A stretch of 62,868 nucleotides of DNA, filler included, from Chrysochromulina tobinii (GCA_001275005.1; 9 parts of 9 records of this genome joined end to end with filler, not necessarily neighbours in it), one strand, 5' to 3'. Positions 9,159 through 20,856 are shown, counted from the whole stretch's first letter. Made by a program: numbers and translations. The notes: generated by a model not told the origin, from the sequence alone.

Positions 9159-12100
9159 TCAGGCATCGTGTCCTCGACTGGCGTTGAGGGCGCCAGGCAG
9201 CGTCGGAACCGTAGCACAGTCCAATGAATTGAACAAACCCTCCAGCTTGGCAAACGGCAGGCCGTTGAGCCGCGCTCGGCTCGGCTCGAGGAGCGCCGAG
9301 TAGTCCCGGCTCGCGCACGGATGCAGGCGCTTCCACCCGCCTCCTTGGGCTCGACGGAGCTCCGCATCAACGGCTTCGATGATCTCGGCGTCGCCGCCGC
9401 TCACGACGGCGCTTGTCCGGCCGCACACCGGCGCGCCGGTCGCCTCCGCTCTCGGTACATCGCTGTGCGCGGCCACGCCGACGAGGTTGAGCAGATCTGT
9501 GAGCACCGCCGCCTTGACGCGCAGGTCGAGCGCCGTATCGGTGGCGAGGGACGGGTCGAGGTTGACTTCGAACACGTGCGGCTGAAGCGCCGCGTCGAGC
9601 ATCACGTCGAAACCAAAGAGTTGGAAGCACCGCCCCCCAGTGGGAGGCACGTACGTCGCGACAGCCTGCCCCATCGTCGGCTCCGCCGCGAGGAGCGTCT
9701 TGATGAGCGCGTCCTCGACGGCGCGCCACGCGGCCTCGGCCCGCGCCGCGCCCACGTCGGCGGCGAGGCGCGTGTGGAACTCGTCGAGACCGAGCTTCAG
9801 CCCGGGGGGGACGGTGCTCGGCACGGCGCTTGGTACCTGGTCGGCGGCATGGGCGCCGCCGCCGACGACGCTGCCGACGACGCGTGCGCCGGCGCTCCCG
9901 GCGTGCTTGTTGATCGCATAGTTGGTCAGGTGCCTGTGTACGTTCGAGAGGTCGTCCAACGAGTACGGCGCCGCCGCGAGCCGTGCGAGCCCCTCTCGAT
10001 GCAAATAGAGGACCAATGGCCGCCAGCAGGTGACGAGCACGTACAGCCGAAGGTCGTTCTTGCGCCCATCAATGAGGTACGGCGGGTGGATGTAACGGCT
10101 CGCGATGCCACGCCGGCTGGTGACGGTTTCGGGCACGCCGGCTGAGCCCCAGTGCAGCGTGATGCCCTGCCCACGACACGCCGCGACGGGCTTGACGATC
10201 CACACTCCGCGCGGCTCTGCGGCCATCGCCCCCCGCAGCGGATCCGCCTCGGCTGGCAGCACGTAGCTCTGTGGCGCGAAGGCGAAGGCGTCCGTCCCAT
10301 ATTTGGAACGCATGCGATCGAGCAAAGCCCATAGCGCACTCTTGGTCGTCAGGCAGCTGGCAAGAGGGAACTTGTTGATGCACTGGTGCGGCTGGAGCGC
10401 GAGCAGCTGTGCGGGGCTCACCTGCCCCGCAATCAGTGGCACTCAGTGGCAGTCAGTGGCAGTCAGTGGCACTCAGTGGCACTCAGTGGCACTCAGTGGC
10501 ACTCAGTGGCAATCAGTGGCAATCAGTGGCAATCAGTGGCACTCAGATTTAATCAGTGTTAATCAGTGGCACTCAGTGGCACTCACCTGCCCCGCAATCC
10601 ACAGGAGAGAGCAGCCCACATCCAAGCTCATGGCGCGCTCGAAGCCGTGCTCGAGCAGGATGCACTGGAGGACGCTGGCAAAGTGCGGGTGCGTCGAGCT
10701 GCAATAGTAGCGCGGAGGAGAGGCAGCGAGGGGGGTAGCGAGGGAAGTAGCAAGGGGCTGCGCGGTCGCTCTTGCTGGCGCGGCCGGCCGGGGCTGCCAG
10801 GGGCGCTCCTGCCAGCTATCGGAGAGCCCTGGGAGCGTCCCAAATCGGACGTAGTGCGGCGGCGAGGGGTAGGAGATGGACGACGGCACGGGGAGCATGG
10901 GCGCAGGGGAGCATGGGCTATCACTTAGGGACCATAGAGGCGCGAGATCGTGCTCGAGATTGTGCGTGACGACTGTCGCCTCCCTCTGCTCAACACAACG
11001 CTCCATCTGCTCAACACAACGCTCCATATGCTCAACACAACGCTCCATCTGCTCGGGGCCGCCGCCGTGAGCGCGGAGCACGGCAGCACACGCCTCATGC
11101 CCCCAGCGTGTGGCATGCTCGGTGGCTGTCCTTTCCAGCGTGTCCGTGAGCGCCACCGCGGCCCGTGCGCCCAGGAGCATCCGTATACAGCCGAGTTGGC
11201 CGTAAAGCGCCGCACGCATGAGGGGCGTGTGGCCTTCACTGACCGACACGGCGTCCACCGACGCCGATGCAGCGAGTAGCGAGTGCACGCACGCCTCATG
11301 GCCACCTTGAGCGGCGAGGTGTAGCGCGCTGAACCCATTCGGTTTCGTCAAATTTGTCGACGCGCCGTGCGCACATAGCAGCTGCACGCACGCCGCGTGC
11401 CCGTGAAGGCCGGCCCAGAGCAGCGCAGTCCAGCCCGCCTCGTCGACCGTGTGCGCCGCCGCTCTCGCCTCAAGGAGCAGCTGGGCGCTCTCGGCATCAC
11501 CCCAGTACGCAGCGTAGGCGAGTGGGGAAATGCCATCCCAACGCGCCTGGTTTGGGTCCGCGAGCGCCCTGAGGAGCAGCCGCACGGTGCGCACGTGACC
11601 GTCGCCAGCGCGTGGCGTGCGATGGTGCGTGCGCTGCGCCGCGTACAGCAGCATCGTCGAGCCATCTGCCTCGACGATGTCGAGCTTGGAGCCATCGTCT
11701 GCATCGAGGCCCGCGCGCGCCGCAAGCAGGCGCTCGACGCATCCCGCATGCCCGCCGAGGCACGCGAGCTTGAGCGGCGTGAGCACGACCGCCCAGCCGT
11801 TGTGAAGGCCGAGCGTCGGCGACGCGCGAGCGTCGAGCAACAGGCCGACCGACTGCACGTCGTCCGACTCACAGGCGATCATGAGCGCGCTCCACTGCGC
11901 ACGGTTGGTCAGGTTGGCGTCTGCCCTGGCTCCGAGCAGCACGGCGAGGCAGCTGTGCTGGCTGCTCTTGGTAGCCAGCAGGACGGCATTCGCACCGTCG
12001 TGCTGGCGCTGCGCATCGAGCGCTGCGGCACCGTGCTCCAGCAGCTGACGCACGATGCTCGCGTGGCCCTGCTCCGCAGCGGCCATGCAAGCCGTCGTGC

Positions 12101-12444
12101 CGCGCCCGTCGCAGCTGGTCGCGCCTGCACCCGCTTGCAGCGCGCTCAGCACGCCGGCCCCATCACCGCGTGCCGCCGCACAGACCAGCTGCGCTGCCGC
12201 GTCTTCCGTCGTGGCTCGCCACAGCGTGCAGCTCACCCGCCTTCACCGCCTTGGAGATGGCGCCGCACAATGCCTGCCGGTCCGTGAGGCTGGAGACGCC
12301 AGCCGCCTTGAGGTCCTGCAGCAGCTTGGGCCGTCCCTGCTCCACCAAAAGGGCGGCCGCGCGCATAAGGTCATAGCCTTCGAGCTGCTCTTGCAGGCGC
12401 TCGAGGTTCGCGACGGCCAATACGTGACCCACCTGGGCCTGCAT
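9159..12444 (-). CDS. ankyrin-repeat + tubulin-tyrosine-ligase-like (TTLL, glutamylase-type) fusion with short N-terminal helical (SAM-like) domain
   Basis: About 10 ankyrin repeats (GWTALLWAG, GFSALHLAA, GHTPLMRAA) are spliced through intron 10586-10422 to a TTL domain (WIVKP, SRYI, GRKNDLRLYVLVT, HLTNYAINK, FGFDVMLD, EVN). The link to exon 12444-12237 needs a 43-nt intron (12236-12194) or a frameshift, which is less certain. Confidence 0.8.
10422..10586 (-). other. 165-nt phase-0 intron made almost entirely of 10-nt (GCCACTGAGT/GCCACTGATT) satellite
   Basis: CAG|GTGAGT...GGGCAG|GTGAGC on the minus strand. It contains in-frame stops and joins the ankyrin ORF to the TTL ORF in frame. Confidence 0.9.
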
Positions 12445-12648
12445 TTCCTCGAGTCCTGAAGGGCATGTGCTGCAAGGGCAGGACCTCGACGGACACCTGC
12501 TCGGCTTCGGTCTGTCGGAAGTTCTGGAACTTCAGTCGTAAGTTTCCCAAAATTGGACGCTCCCACTTTGAACTTGAACTTGACTTGTCTTGTCCCGCAC
12601 GCAGGCAAAGTTGCGATTGAAGACTTCTCTGTCCATTCGGACCCCATC

Positions 12649-14380
12649 ATGCTCTACACCTGGGGCCGCGGCCGCCACGGCGTGCTCGGCCATGGCGACG
12701 ATGAGAGAGACGTTGAGCTGCCACGGCTCGTCTCAGCAGCTCCGCGGCTGAAGCAGATTGCGTGCGGCGAGCTGCACTGCGTCGGGCTGGCCACCGACGG
12801 CGGAGTGTTCACGTGGGGCTGTGGACTGATGGGTGCGCTCGGCCACGGCGAGCTGGGCACGTGCCACGTGCCGACGCCGGTGGCGGGACTGCGCAAGGCC
12901 GGGCCGATGATAGAGGTGGCCGCCGGCCGCAGCCACTCGCTCGCACTCTCCGCGTCCGGCGACGTGTACTCGTGGGGCATGTACGCTGGCATGGCCGCCG
13001 ACTGCGAGCCTGAGCCTCGGCGTCAGCCCGACCTCGGCGGCCACGTGAGGGCCATCGGCTCTGGCGACGAGTACTGCGCGGCCCTGACTGCGGAGGGCGC
13101 GGTGGCGTGGGGCGGCCGGATCGGCCGCAACGCATGCCTCGTGCTAGCCGCGCGCGGTGCCGCGCGTCTCGCGTGCGGCGGCGCGCGCGTGCTCCTCATC
13201 GACGCGCACGGCTGCGTGCAGCTCTCCGGGCCCCTAGGCGCCAACGCCAACGGCGGCGGCGGCGGCGGCGGTGGGTGGTCGTCCAGAGGAGGAGCAGCCG
13301 CCATCGAGCCTGGTGTACTTTTCGAGCCTCCTGTGGGGTCTCGGTTCGTCGAGGTGGGCGCGGGCGCGGCACTCCATATGGCGCTCAGCTCGCACGGCGA
13401 GGTGCATGTCTTCACGCACACCGGGCCCGCAGTGCCCGTGACGGCGCCCGGGACGGTCGCACGCTTCACAGGAGGGCCTGCCCAACCCCTCGCGCTCGAT
13501 GGCTCTGGTCGGCTGGTGCGTCTGGCGACGGAGGTGCATCGACGGTGCGCCGCGCTCCCGCCGAGCGTCGGCCTCGCGCTGCTCCACGGCGCGTCGGAGA
13601 CCGCCGCCACCGAGCGTCTGCTCGGCGCCCAGTTGGGCGGCACCCGGCTTCGGCAGCTCGCCATTGGCGGCGCTCACATGGCCGTGCTCGCCGAGGACGT
13701 GGGCGCCATCGTGGGCACCGGCGTGGGCGCCGTAATGGGCACCGGCGCCGTCGTGGGCGTGGGCGCCGCCAGCCTTGGCGGCAGCACGGTGCCCGCTACG
13801 GCGCGATCGGTCTCGCCGCAACGGATACAGTCCGCCATCGAGCGTGCCCAGGCTGCCATGTACGGCGGTCCCGCGCCGGCCGCTGCCGACGCGCACCCCC
13901 GAACGCGCTGTGGTGAACACTTGCATGCAACGGATGCGCACCCGTCGGCAGCGCGGACCGGGCATGGGCGCGTGTCGCTGGACCGTTCATTCGAGGCGCT
14001 GCCGTCCGTGCAGCCGCCGCCGTCGCCGCCGCCTTGGGTGGAGCCCAAGACGGCGCCTTGGGCGGAGCCCAAGACGGCGCCTTGGGTGGAGCCCACGACG
14101 GCGCCTTGGGTGGACCCCCCGAAGCAAGCCCAGTGGGGGACGGTGACCGAACCAGTCGCCCCGTCACCGCGCACTGTCTCGAGCTTAGTAGTGCCCTCCC
14201 TCTTCGAACCGTCGCCGCAGCCACCCCAGCCACCCCAGCCGCCGCAGCAGCCGCAGCCGCCCCAGCCGCCGCAGCCGCCCCAACCGGCCGGTGGCGGTGA
14301 TGGGCCCGTGGCGGCTCACGGCGGCGGCGGCGGCGGCGGCGGCAGCGGGGGCGGCGGGGGGGGGTGGGGGGGCTCCCCCC
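12649..14380 (+). CDS. RCC1-repeat (beta-propeller) protein with low-complexity C-terminus; 3' end truncated by gap
   Basis: LYTWGRGRHGVLGHG, IACGELHC, VFTWGCGLMGALGHG, VAAGRSHSLALSASGDVYSWG. Confidence 0.85.
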
Positions 14381-14480
14381 NNNNNNNNNNNNNNNNNNNN
14401 NNNNNNNNNNNNNNNNNNNNNNNNTTAATTAATTAANNNNNNNNNNNNNNNNNNNNNNNNNNNNNNNNNNNNNNNNNNNN
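14381..14480. other. artificial contig linker (N44-TTAATTAATTAA-N44); also at 16389-16488, 31007-31106, 36596-36695, 44140-44239, 55195-55294, 59294-59393, 61505-61604
   Basis: Eight identical 100-nt spacers whose core carries stop codons in all six frames. Confidence 0.97.
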
Positions 14481-16388
14481 CCCGAAGTCCGGGACCTTGC
14501 CCGTGTGGCGCTGCATCCTCGTCGGCTCGCCCATCTTGGCCGGGCGGCGCACCGCGAGCCACACCGCGTACTTGCGGGCGAGGGCGATGAAGCGCCGGAC
14601 GTTGTCGCCCAGATTGCGCCTCGCCCTCGAGATCATGGCCTCCGTCGCGCGGTTGCACGGGTCCATGTGGGCCTCCGCCTTGTGCACCGACTCGTGCTCG
14701 CCCGAGGGGCCAATGGTCACCTTGACCTTGAGCTTGTCCTCGACGCGACGCTTGAGCTCGTCGCAGTCGAGCTCGGGGCCCCGGTCGAGCTTGAATTCGT
14801 CGACCGTGTGCCCTAACGCCTTCTCCTCGACGACGACCATGGTCATTAAGACGAGCCAGTCGTCGACGGTGTGCTTGGCCATGTTCAAGCCGTAGCCGAA
14901 GTCGGAGGGGCTGTCGTCCCAGGCTTGCAGCATGCACGTGGGAGGCGCCGCGCCCCGGCGGTCCGGGATCTGCTTGACGACGTCCTTCGCTGGGTAGGTC
15001 GCCGCATCGAGCACAAAGACCTTGCCCGGGATGAAGGTGCGCGTCGTGACGTCGCGCTTGGCGTTCGTTGGAACGCGTTTCGCGACGCTGCCTCGGCGGT
15101 GCCTGTCCATCTCGATGGTGCGCATCGCCTTCGGTGTCAGGCTGCTCATCTTCATGTTGAGCACCGCCTTCTGCGTCGCCTGCAGGCCGTCGACGCCGGT
15201 CACGAGACGCGCCGCCCACACGTGAGCGGGCACGTCGCCGCGCTTCATGGTCGCCTCGAGCTCCTCGGCCTCGGTCGCGCTGGCCTCGGCGTTCTCCTGG
15301 GCGTCGAGCTTGACGAAACCGAAGTGCAACCCGTTGTACTTGAGCGCCAGCCAGGAGTGGCCGTTCGGGAACGTGATGTCCCACGTGGCGTCGTCGTACT
15401 TCGTGCGATGAAGCCCGATCGTCGCGCCGATCGCCTCGAGCGCCTGCGGCGGCACCACGTTGCGTTTCGCCTTGGGCGCGCGGTAGCCCTCGAGCTCGAC
15501 GGGGCTGTGCTCGTTCGCGCCGCCCTTGACGTACATCGTGACGTTGGCGGTGCCCTCGTGCGTCAGCTTGCCCGACTGGGAGGCGGTGCCTAGAGCGCCC
15601 TTGGAGCTGTCGATCGGCTTCGAGGCCGCGATCATCGCGTCCGTCTTGAGCAGGACGCAGTTGGCGCCGCTGTCGAAATGGATCGTCTCGTATCCGGCGA
15701 GGCACGGCGTGTTCGCGTCGTCGATGAACATCTGGTCGCGCATCGCCAGGAGATCTTCGTGGCCTTCGACTATGTGAGCGACGTCGCGCTCGGTGGCGCT
15801 CTGCTCGAGCTCGAGCACGGATGCCTCGCCCTCCGTGGTCCAGCTCTTCTCGTCCGCCTCCGGGACCGTCTCGAGCTCGCTCACCTCGTAGGGGACGTCG
15901 AAGTACTTGGCGTACACGTGGCCGAGGTCCTCGTACATCTTGCGACCGAGCGGCCCCTTGGCCTGGCGCACCTCCGAGTGCGGCGGGTACTTGGGCAGCA
16001 GGAACACGCACTTGAGCTTGGTGACCGCTGCCGCGCCCGGCGCCCCCGGGCAGTCGCGCCGCAGGCAGTTGGTGCACGGCCCGCAGGGGCAGTCTTTGGT
16101 GCTCTTCTCGGTGTTGCCGCACACGAAGCAGCCCCACGGCGGCCGCGTGCCTTGCGCGCCCTTGCCGCCCTTGCCGCCTTTGCTGCCTTTGGCGCCTTTG
16201 CCGCCCTTGCCGCTGTCCGCGCCCTTGCCGCCCTTGCCGCCCTTGCCGCCTTTACCGCCTTTGCCGGTCACGGCGCCGCGGTAGTCGAGCGAGCTGACCT
16301 CGGGGGTGGCGCTCTTCTTGATCTCGCCCGTCGCGTTGCGCAGCCGCACCGCGATCTTGAGAACGACGTCGTCCCACTCCGGCATCAA
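14481..16388 (-). mobile_element. Ty1/copia-like LTR retrotransposon gag-pol fragment (gag Cys region, protease, integrase)
   Basis: Uninterrupted ORF with GKG repeats, a Cys-rich gag region, FDSGANC protease motif, VWAARL (pre-integrase WxxRL-like), and LDRGPEL...ESVHKAE integrase-like D/E spacing. PR-IN order fits copia. Both ends lie at gaps. Confidence 0.75.
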
Positions 16389-16722
16389 NNNNNNNNNNNN
16401 NNNNNNNNNNNNNNNNNNNNNNNNNNNNNNNNTTAATTAATTAANNNNNNNNNNNNNNNNNNNNNNNNNNNNNNNNNNNNNNNNNNNNCGTGGGAGGCCG
16501 GGTCTGGGTGCAAGTTTTTGTATAGAGAGACGAAAAGAAAAGCGGGTCCCCAGCCCTCGCCCCCTGGGCCCATATTTCACAGTCTACTTGTAAAAGGCGA
16601 TGATACACTTCCCCGTGACTCAGTGTGGTCTTCATTATTGTTCGGCCTTACTGTGAACAGTTCATGTGTCTAGTCGTTACGCGGTTGGACGTGTTGGCCC
16701 CTTGGTGGCCTCCTCCACGCGC

Positions 16723-17778
16723 ATGGCCACCTCCAGGTGGGACCCCTCAGCGCCGGATGGGCTGCGGGACAAGTTCTATTCATACGACGGCACGTGGCGC
16801 ACGGCCGAACCGTCGTGGCGCTACATACTCGACAGGAAGCAGAACGTGCGTGGCTCCACAAACTGGAAGTTTCCTCTGCATGACCCGGCAGCAGACTTCA
16901 ACGCCATCGGGGTGCCGCTCGGCGTGCGGCACCCGCGTGGGCCGGAGCCGGCGGAGCCCCCGACGACCGCACTCGCCTACTCCACGCCGGCCATTCCGAA
17001 ATACGGCGCGCTGAACGAGGCCGCAGAACTGGCAGCCTCCGCAATGTTCACTGTGAGCCGCAAGGATCAGAAGATGAGCGGTTGGGCTACGCAGACGCTC
17101 ACGCACACCGACTATATCGATCCGGACACGGCACGCTGGGGCAAATTAGGCATCATGACGCGCGAGCGCATGCAGGTCGCCGACAAGTTTGGCGACATCG
17201 CGGTGCCGCATCCGAGCAGAGTCACCACGGCGCCGATGCGCCCGGCGCCGCCCGAGAAGACCGGGTTCACGCGCGGCGCGGCGACGCACGGCGCGCACAT
17301 GCTCACGGGCGGGTTCGTGTATGTCGAGCCCGAGGTCGCGGTCTCGCCCGCGCCCGACCCGTACAGCCTGCCCGAGCGTATCTCCGGCCGCAAGATGACA
17401 TCGGGCTTCGCGATCGGCAACAACGAGCTCGAACGGACTTCGCCACCCGTGGACGCTGAGTCGCACTACATGATCTCTTCGATCGGGTACCCGGGTGCCA
17501 ACTTCAAGGTGGACAAGTATGGCGACCTGGTGGCGCGCTCGCCCACGCTGATCGACCTGGCGGCCGCGCGCGGTGCCAAGCCGGTCGACGGGGCTCACAT
17601 CAAGGTGGAGACATCTGGCTTCACGCGCACCAAAACGAACCCGTCGGCAGGCGCCGTGCCCGACCTGATCCGTACCGCCGAGCGGGAGCTCCACCCGACG
17701 CAGGTGCTGCTGCGCAAAATGAACGACCCGATCGAGTGCACCGACCCGCACGCGCACAAGATGCGCACACGCCACTAA
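16723..17778 (+). CDS. hypothetical protein with repeated (T/S)GF(T/A) motifs; possible axonemal microtubule inner protein (PPP1R32/SAXO4-like)
   Basis: Motifs KMSGWA, KTGFTR, TGGFV, TSGFAIGN, TSGFTR recur along a disordered protein. The family assignment is a by-eye inference. Confidence 0.5.
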   Translation: MATSRWDPSAPDGLRDKFYSYDGTWRTAEPSWRYILDRKQNVRGSTNWKFPLHDPAADFNAIGVPLGVRHPRGPEPAEPPTTALAYSTPAIPKYGALNEAAELAASAMFTVSRKDQKMSGWATQTLTHTDYIDPDTARWGKLGIMTRERMQVADKFGDIAVPHPSRVTTAPMRPAPPEKTGFTRGAATHGAHMLTGGFVYVEPEVAVSPAPDPYSLPERISGRKMTSGFAIGNNELERTSPPVDAESHYMISSIGYPGANFKVDKYGDLVARSPTLIDLAAARGAKPVDGAHIKVETSGFTRTKTNPSAGAVPDLIRTAERELHPTQVLLRKMNDPIECTDPHAHKMRTRH

Positions 17779-18311
17779 TGTCGACACTAATGGGGACTTC
17801 GGGCCGGCCCGATGGATACGGATGGCGCATGCGGACTAACACAATGGGGGGGGGGGAGCGAAATCCGTTTGAGTTACTTTCCAAAACTGCCGAAAGATCT
17901 AAGATGGAGCCACGGATGGTGCCGCCATTCGCGATTCCGTCTTCGGCGAGACGAGCGCGACCGTCTTCGGCGCGACTTGCGCGAACCGCCGACTCGTTCC
18001 GCACGCTGTCCTTACGCACTCGCGTACGGCTTCTCACCGAGCTTCAACAATCTGGATCCGTACCCGCCATCACGATCGAGGAGGCGCGAGCCAAGAGCCC
18101 GGCCGAGGCGCTGAAGACCGCAAAGTGTCACACGCTGAGCGAGATTCGACTTGCGGCGCGCGCGTCGCACGAGCTGCTCGTGCCACTTGACGTGGCGTCG
18201 GGCTTGTACTTGTCATGGACGCGGGCTCGTACCAGGAGTGCCGCTGACTCCCGCTTGAAGAGAAGCTCGGATACACCAGTACTGAGCCCGCCGGCACTCG
18301 ACAATTGGAAT

Positions 18312-20096
18312 ATGGCGGAGGGGGGCGCGTCGTTATTCGACAACGACCTTCCAGTCGCCTCGACCAGCAGCGATGAGGTACCGAAGCTCCGGTGGGCTCA
18401 AACCGACTTGCCGCTTGACCCGGCCTCGTCCTCGAAGATGGCGCGCTTGAACCCGCCGCCGCGCCCGCTGCCGTGGCCGCACTGGCTTGTTGGCGTGCTG
18501 TGTGCACTCGCTGGATTGCTACTCCTTGGCGGCGTTGAGTTGTTTACAGGGTATGCGCTGAAGGTCACATTCGTCATCAACCCAGGCCCGCCCGAGCCAC
18601 CCTACGCGCCGCCCAGTCAGCCCCCGCCGCCAAGTCTGCCCGCGCCACCGCCGCGACCCCCCCCACCGCTGCCACCTCCCGATCACCCACCGCCCTCGCC
18701 AAAGAGTCCGCCGCCACCGCCTCCCTCGCCACCACCGCCCTTACCTCCGCCGCCACCGCCGCCCTCGTCACCACCGCCCTTTCCTCCGCCGCCACCGCCG
18801 CCCTCGCCACCACCGCCATTGCCTCCGCCGCCACCGCCGCCCTCGCCACCACCGCCCTCTCCTCCACCTTCATCGCCTCCCTTGCCGTCGCTGCCGCCGT
18901 TGCCTCCATGGTTGCCCTTGCCATTCCCGCCGCCGCCCTCGCCATCGCCGGCACCGGCGTCTCCACCATGGCTACCCTCACCGCCGCCGCCGAGCCCAAT
19001 GACGCCCCCTCCCTCGCCGACCGTGCCGCCGCCCCCCTCGCGTCCACCGCCCTCTCCAACTCTCCCGCCCAGCTCGCCGCAGCCGCCAACCTTGCCGCCG
19101 TCACCATCGATACCCTCGCCATCGCCATCGCCCGCACCGTCGCGCCCGCCCTCGCTACCGCCCGCGCCGCCCTTGCATCCGGGAGCGCTCAAGATGGTAG
19201 GCAGCGCGCTGTCGCACGAGCTACCGATCGTCGAGCACCTCGCGGCACATGAGCTCAATGTCGTGTGGCACGGCGCTGAGGGCTTGGCGTACGGGCTCGA
19301 GCACGGGCTGGTGAGCATGGAGCACGCAATGAGCGGCGGCGACTACGCATCGCTCGCGCGGCACGAATCGGAGTACGTGCGCGCTGCCGTGCGCGCCGAG
19401 GTGCTTGCCTGGTCGCCATGGGCCCGCTGGCTCACACTTGCGACGCTGCTCATGATGATTGGGTTCTGCTTCCTACGCTGCTGCTGCAGACGCTATGCCC
19501 AGCCAGCTGAGGCGGGGAGCAGCGGTGACTCCGACGCGGGCTCTGACGAGTCCGAGTCGCCGCTGCTCGTGTTTGGAGAGGGCACATCCAACTTGCTCGC
19601 CACGCCCAGCAAACTCGGGTCGCTGCCAGGGGATGAGCAACCGCTGCTGCCGGGTGGAGTCGTTCGCTCGGACAGGGCCACGCCCGTGCCCACCACCCCG
19701 GCGAGCATCAGCCCTCCAGGTAAACGTCGCCGTCAGGAGGGCGACGTCCTTGCGCTTGCCCGGGCCGTCGCAAGTCGACCTCCCGGCGCCGAGCCGCCCT
19801 CGCCGGCCGCCCTCGCGCCCTCGAGGCCTCTTGCAGACGGCACCCTGTGGCACCAACCCAACCTCATGTGGGTGGGCACGAGCGTGCGCTACGTGCCCGG
19901 CCGGGTGCACCCAAGCGAGGTCGGTGGCTCGCCGGACGCGCCAGCCGCGCGCCTACCCTCGATGTATGAAGTCCCCGGGAGCATCATGGCAGCCAGAACG
20001 CGCGCCGGCTCCACCATCCTGCAATCGCCTCCCTACACAGTGATGACGCCACCCGACAGCCCGATCAAAGATTTGGATTTCAGGCAGTTCCTCTGA
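18312..20096 (+). CDS. extensin/pherophorin-like (SPPPP) proline-rich membrane protein with two TM helices
   Basis: TM helix (WLVGVLCALAGLLLLGGV), ~200-aa P/S tract, second TM followed by CCC (WLTLATLLMMIGFCFLRCCC). Confidence 0.7.
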   Translation: MAEGGASLFDNDLPVASTSSDEVPKLRWAQTDLPLDPASSSKMARLNPPPRPLPWPHWLVGVLCALAGLLLLGGVELFTGYALKVTFVINPGPPEPPYAPPSQPPPPSLPAPPPRPPPPLPPPDHPPPSPKSPPPPPPSPPPPLPPPPPPPSSPPPFPPPPPPPSPPPPLPPPPPPPSPPPPSPPPSSPPLPSLPPLPPWLPLPFPPPPSPSPAPASPPWLPSPPPPSPMTPPPSPTVPPPPSRPPPSPTLPPSSPQPPTLPPSPSIPSPSPSPAPSRPPSLPPAPPLHPGALKMVGSALSHELPIVEHLAAHELNVVWHGAEGLAYGLEHGLVSMEHAMSGGDYASLARHESEYVRAAVRAEVLAWSPWARWLTLATLLMMIGFCFLRCCCRRYAQPAEAGSSGDSDAGSDESESPLLVFGEGTSNLLATPSKLGSLPGDEQPLLPGGVVRSDRATPVPTTPASISPPGKRRRQEGDVLALARAVASRPPGAEPPSPAALAPSRPLADGTLWHQPNLMWVGTSVRYVPGRVHPSEVGGSPDAPAARLPSMYEVPGSIMAARTRAGSTILQSPPYTVMTPPDSPIKDLDFRQFL

Positions 20097-20856
20097 GCGG
20101 CACAGACGACAGCGGTTCCATCGCGCGAGTCGCGACGAGAGGCTAGGGTCTTGAGATCCGCTCATCGTCGCGCAACTCGGTCGGTGAGCGTCTCCGGTCG
20201 TTTGCGTCCATACATCAGTGACAGTGTGCGACGAGGAGCGCCCCGCCGCCGGGCGCCCCGGTTTCTATTCACAATTCAGCCCGGTCCGCCCCGCGGCCCG
20301 GGGCAAGGGCGCCTTAGGGGCGCCGCCTCGCCTCGGACGCTGCGGCCTGGGCGGCCCCGGGCCCCGCCATTTTTATTCCAATCGTACACACGATATTCAA
20401 ATACTCTTCAAATACACCTGTACCGCGGTATTAAAACGTGCTGCTCGCACGTGCCGTCGTGCGACCGGCCGGGCGGGGCGGAAGGGCGAACCGGCAACCC
20501 GCCGCTCTAAACCGAACGGTGAATCATCTCGAGACTCGACTCGCATAGCGCTCCAATTCCCACCGGCAGACCACGACGCGGCTGCGCCAAGCCTCCAAGG
20601 TCCGGCGCGCACGCTCAGGCTCTCCACCGTGAGAGGATACACGCCATCCCTGCACATTGGCAGCATGCCAGCATCCGCCATCACGGTGCTCTGGCGGCTC
20701 CATCGACACGTCGCACCGCCTGCCCGCGCTCCTCGCGGGCACAAGGGCGCCATCGTTGTCTCTTGTCTCTCCTCTTCCAACCCAAGGTACCACCTCGTGG
20801 CCGCTACCCTTGAGTCGCTCACGTCTTCCCCGATGGCCACCCGATGGCCACAACGA

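Noticed and set aside
10431..10586. CRISPR-like array
   Set aside because: Contiguous 10-nt units with no unique spacers, inside a spliceosomal intron, and no cas genes.
14425..14436. Recurrent TTAATTAATTAA palindrome as a biological motif
   Set aside because: It is always centred in identical N padding, so it is an assembly linker. Gene neighbourhoods across linkers were not interpreted.
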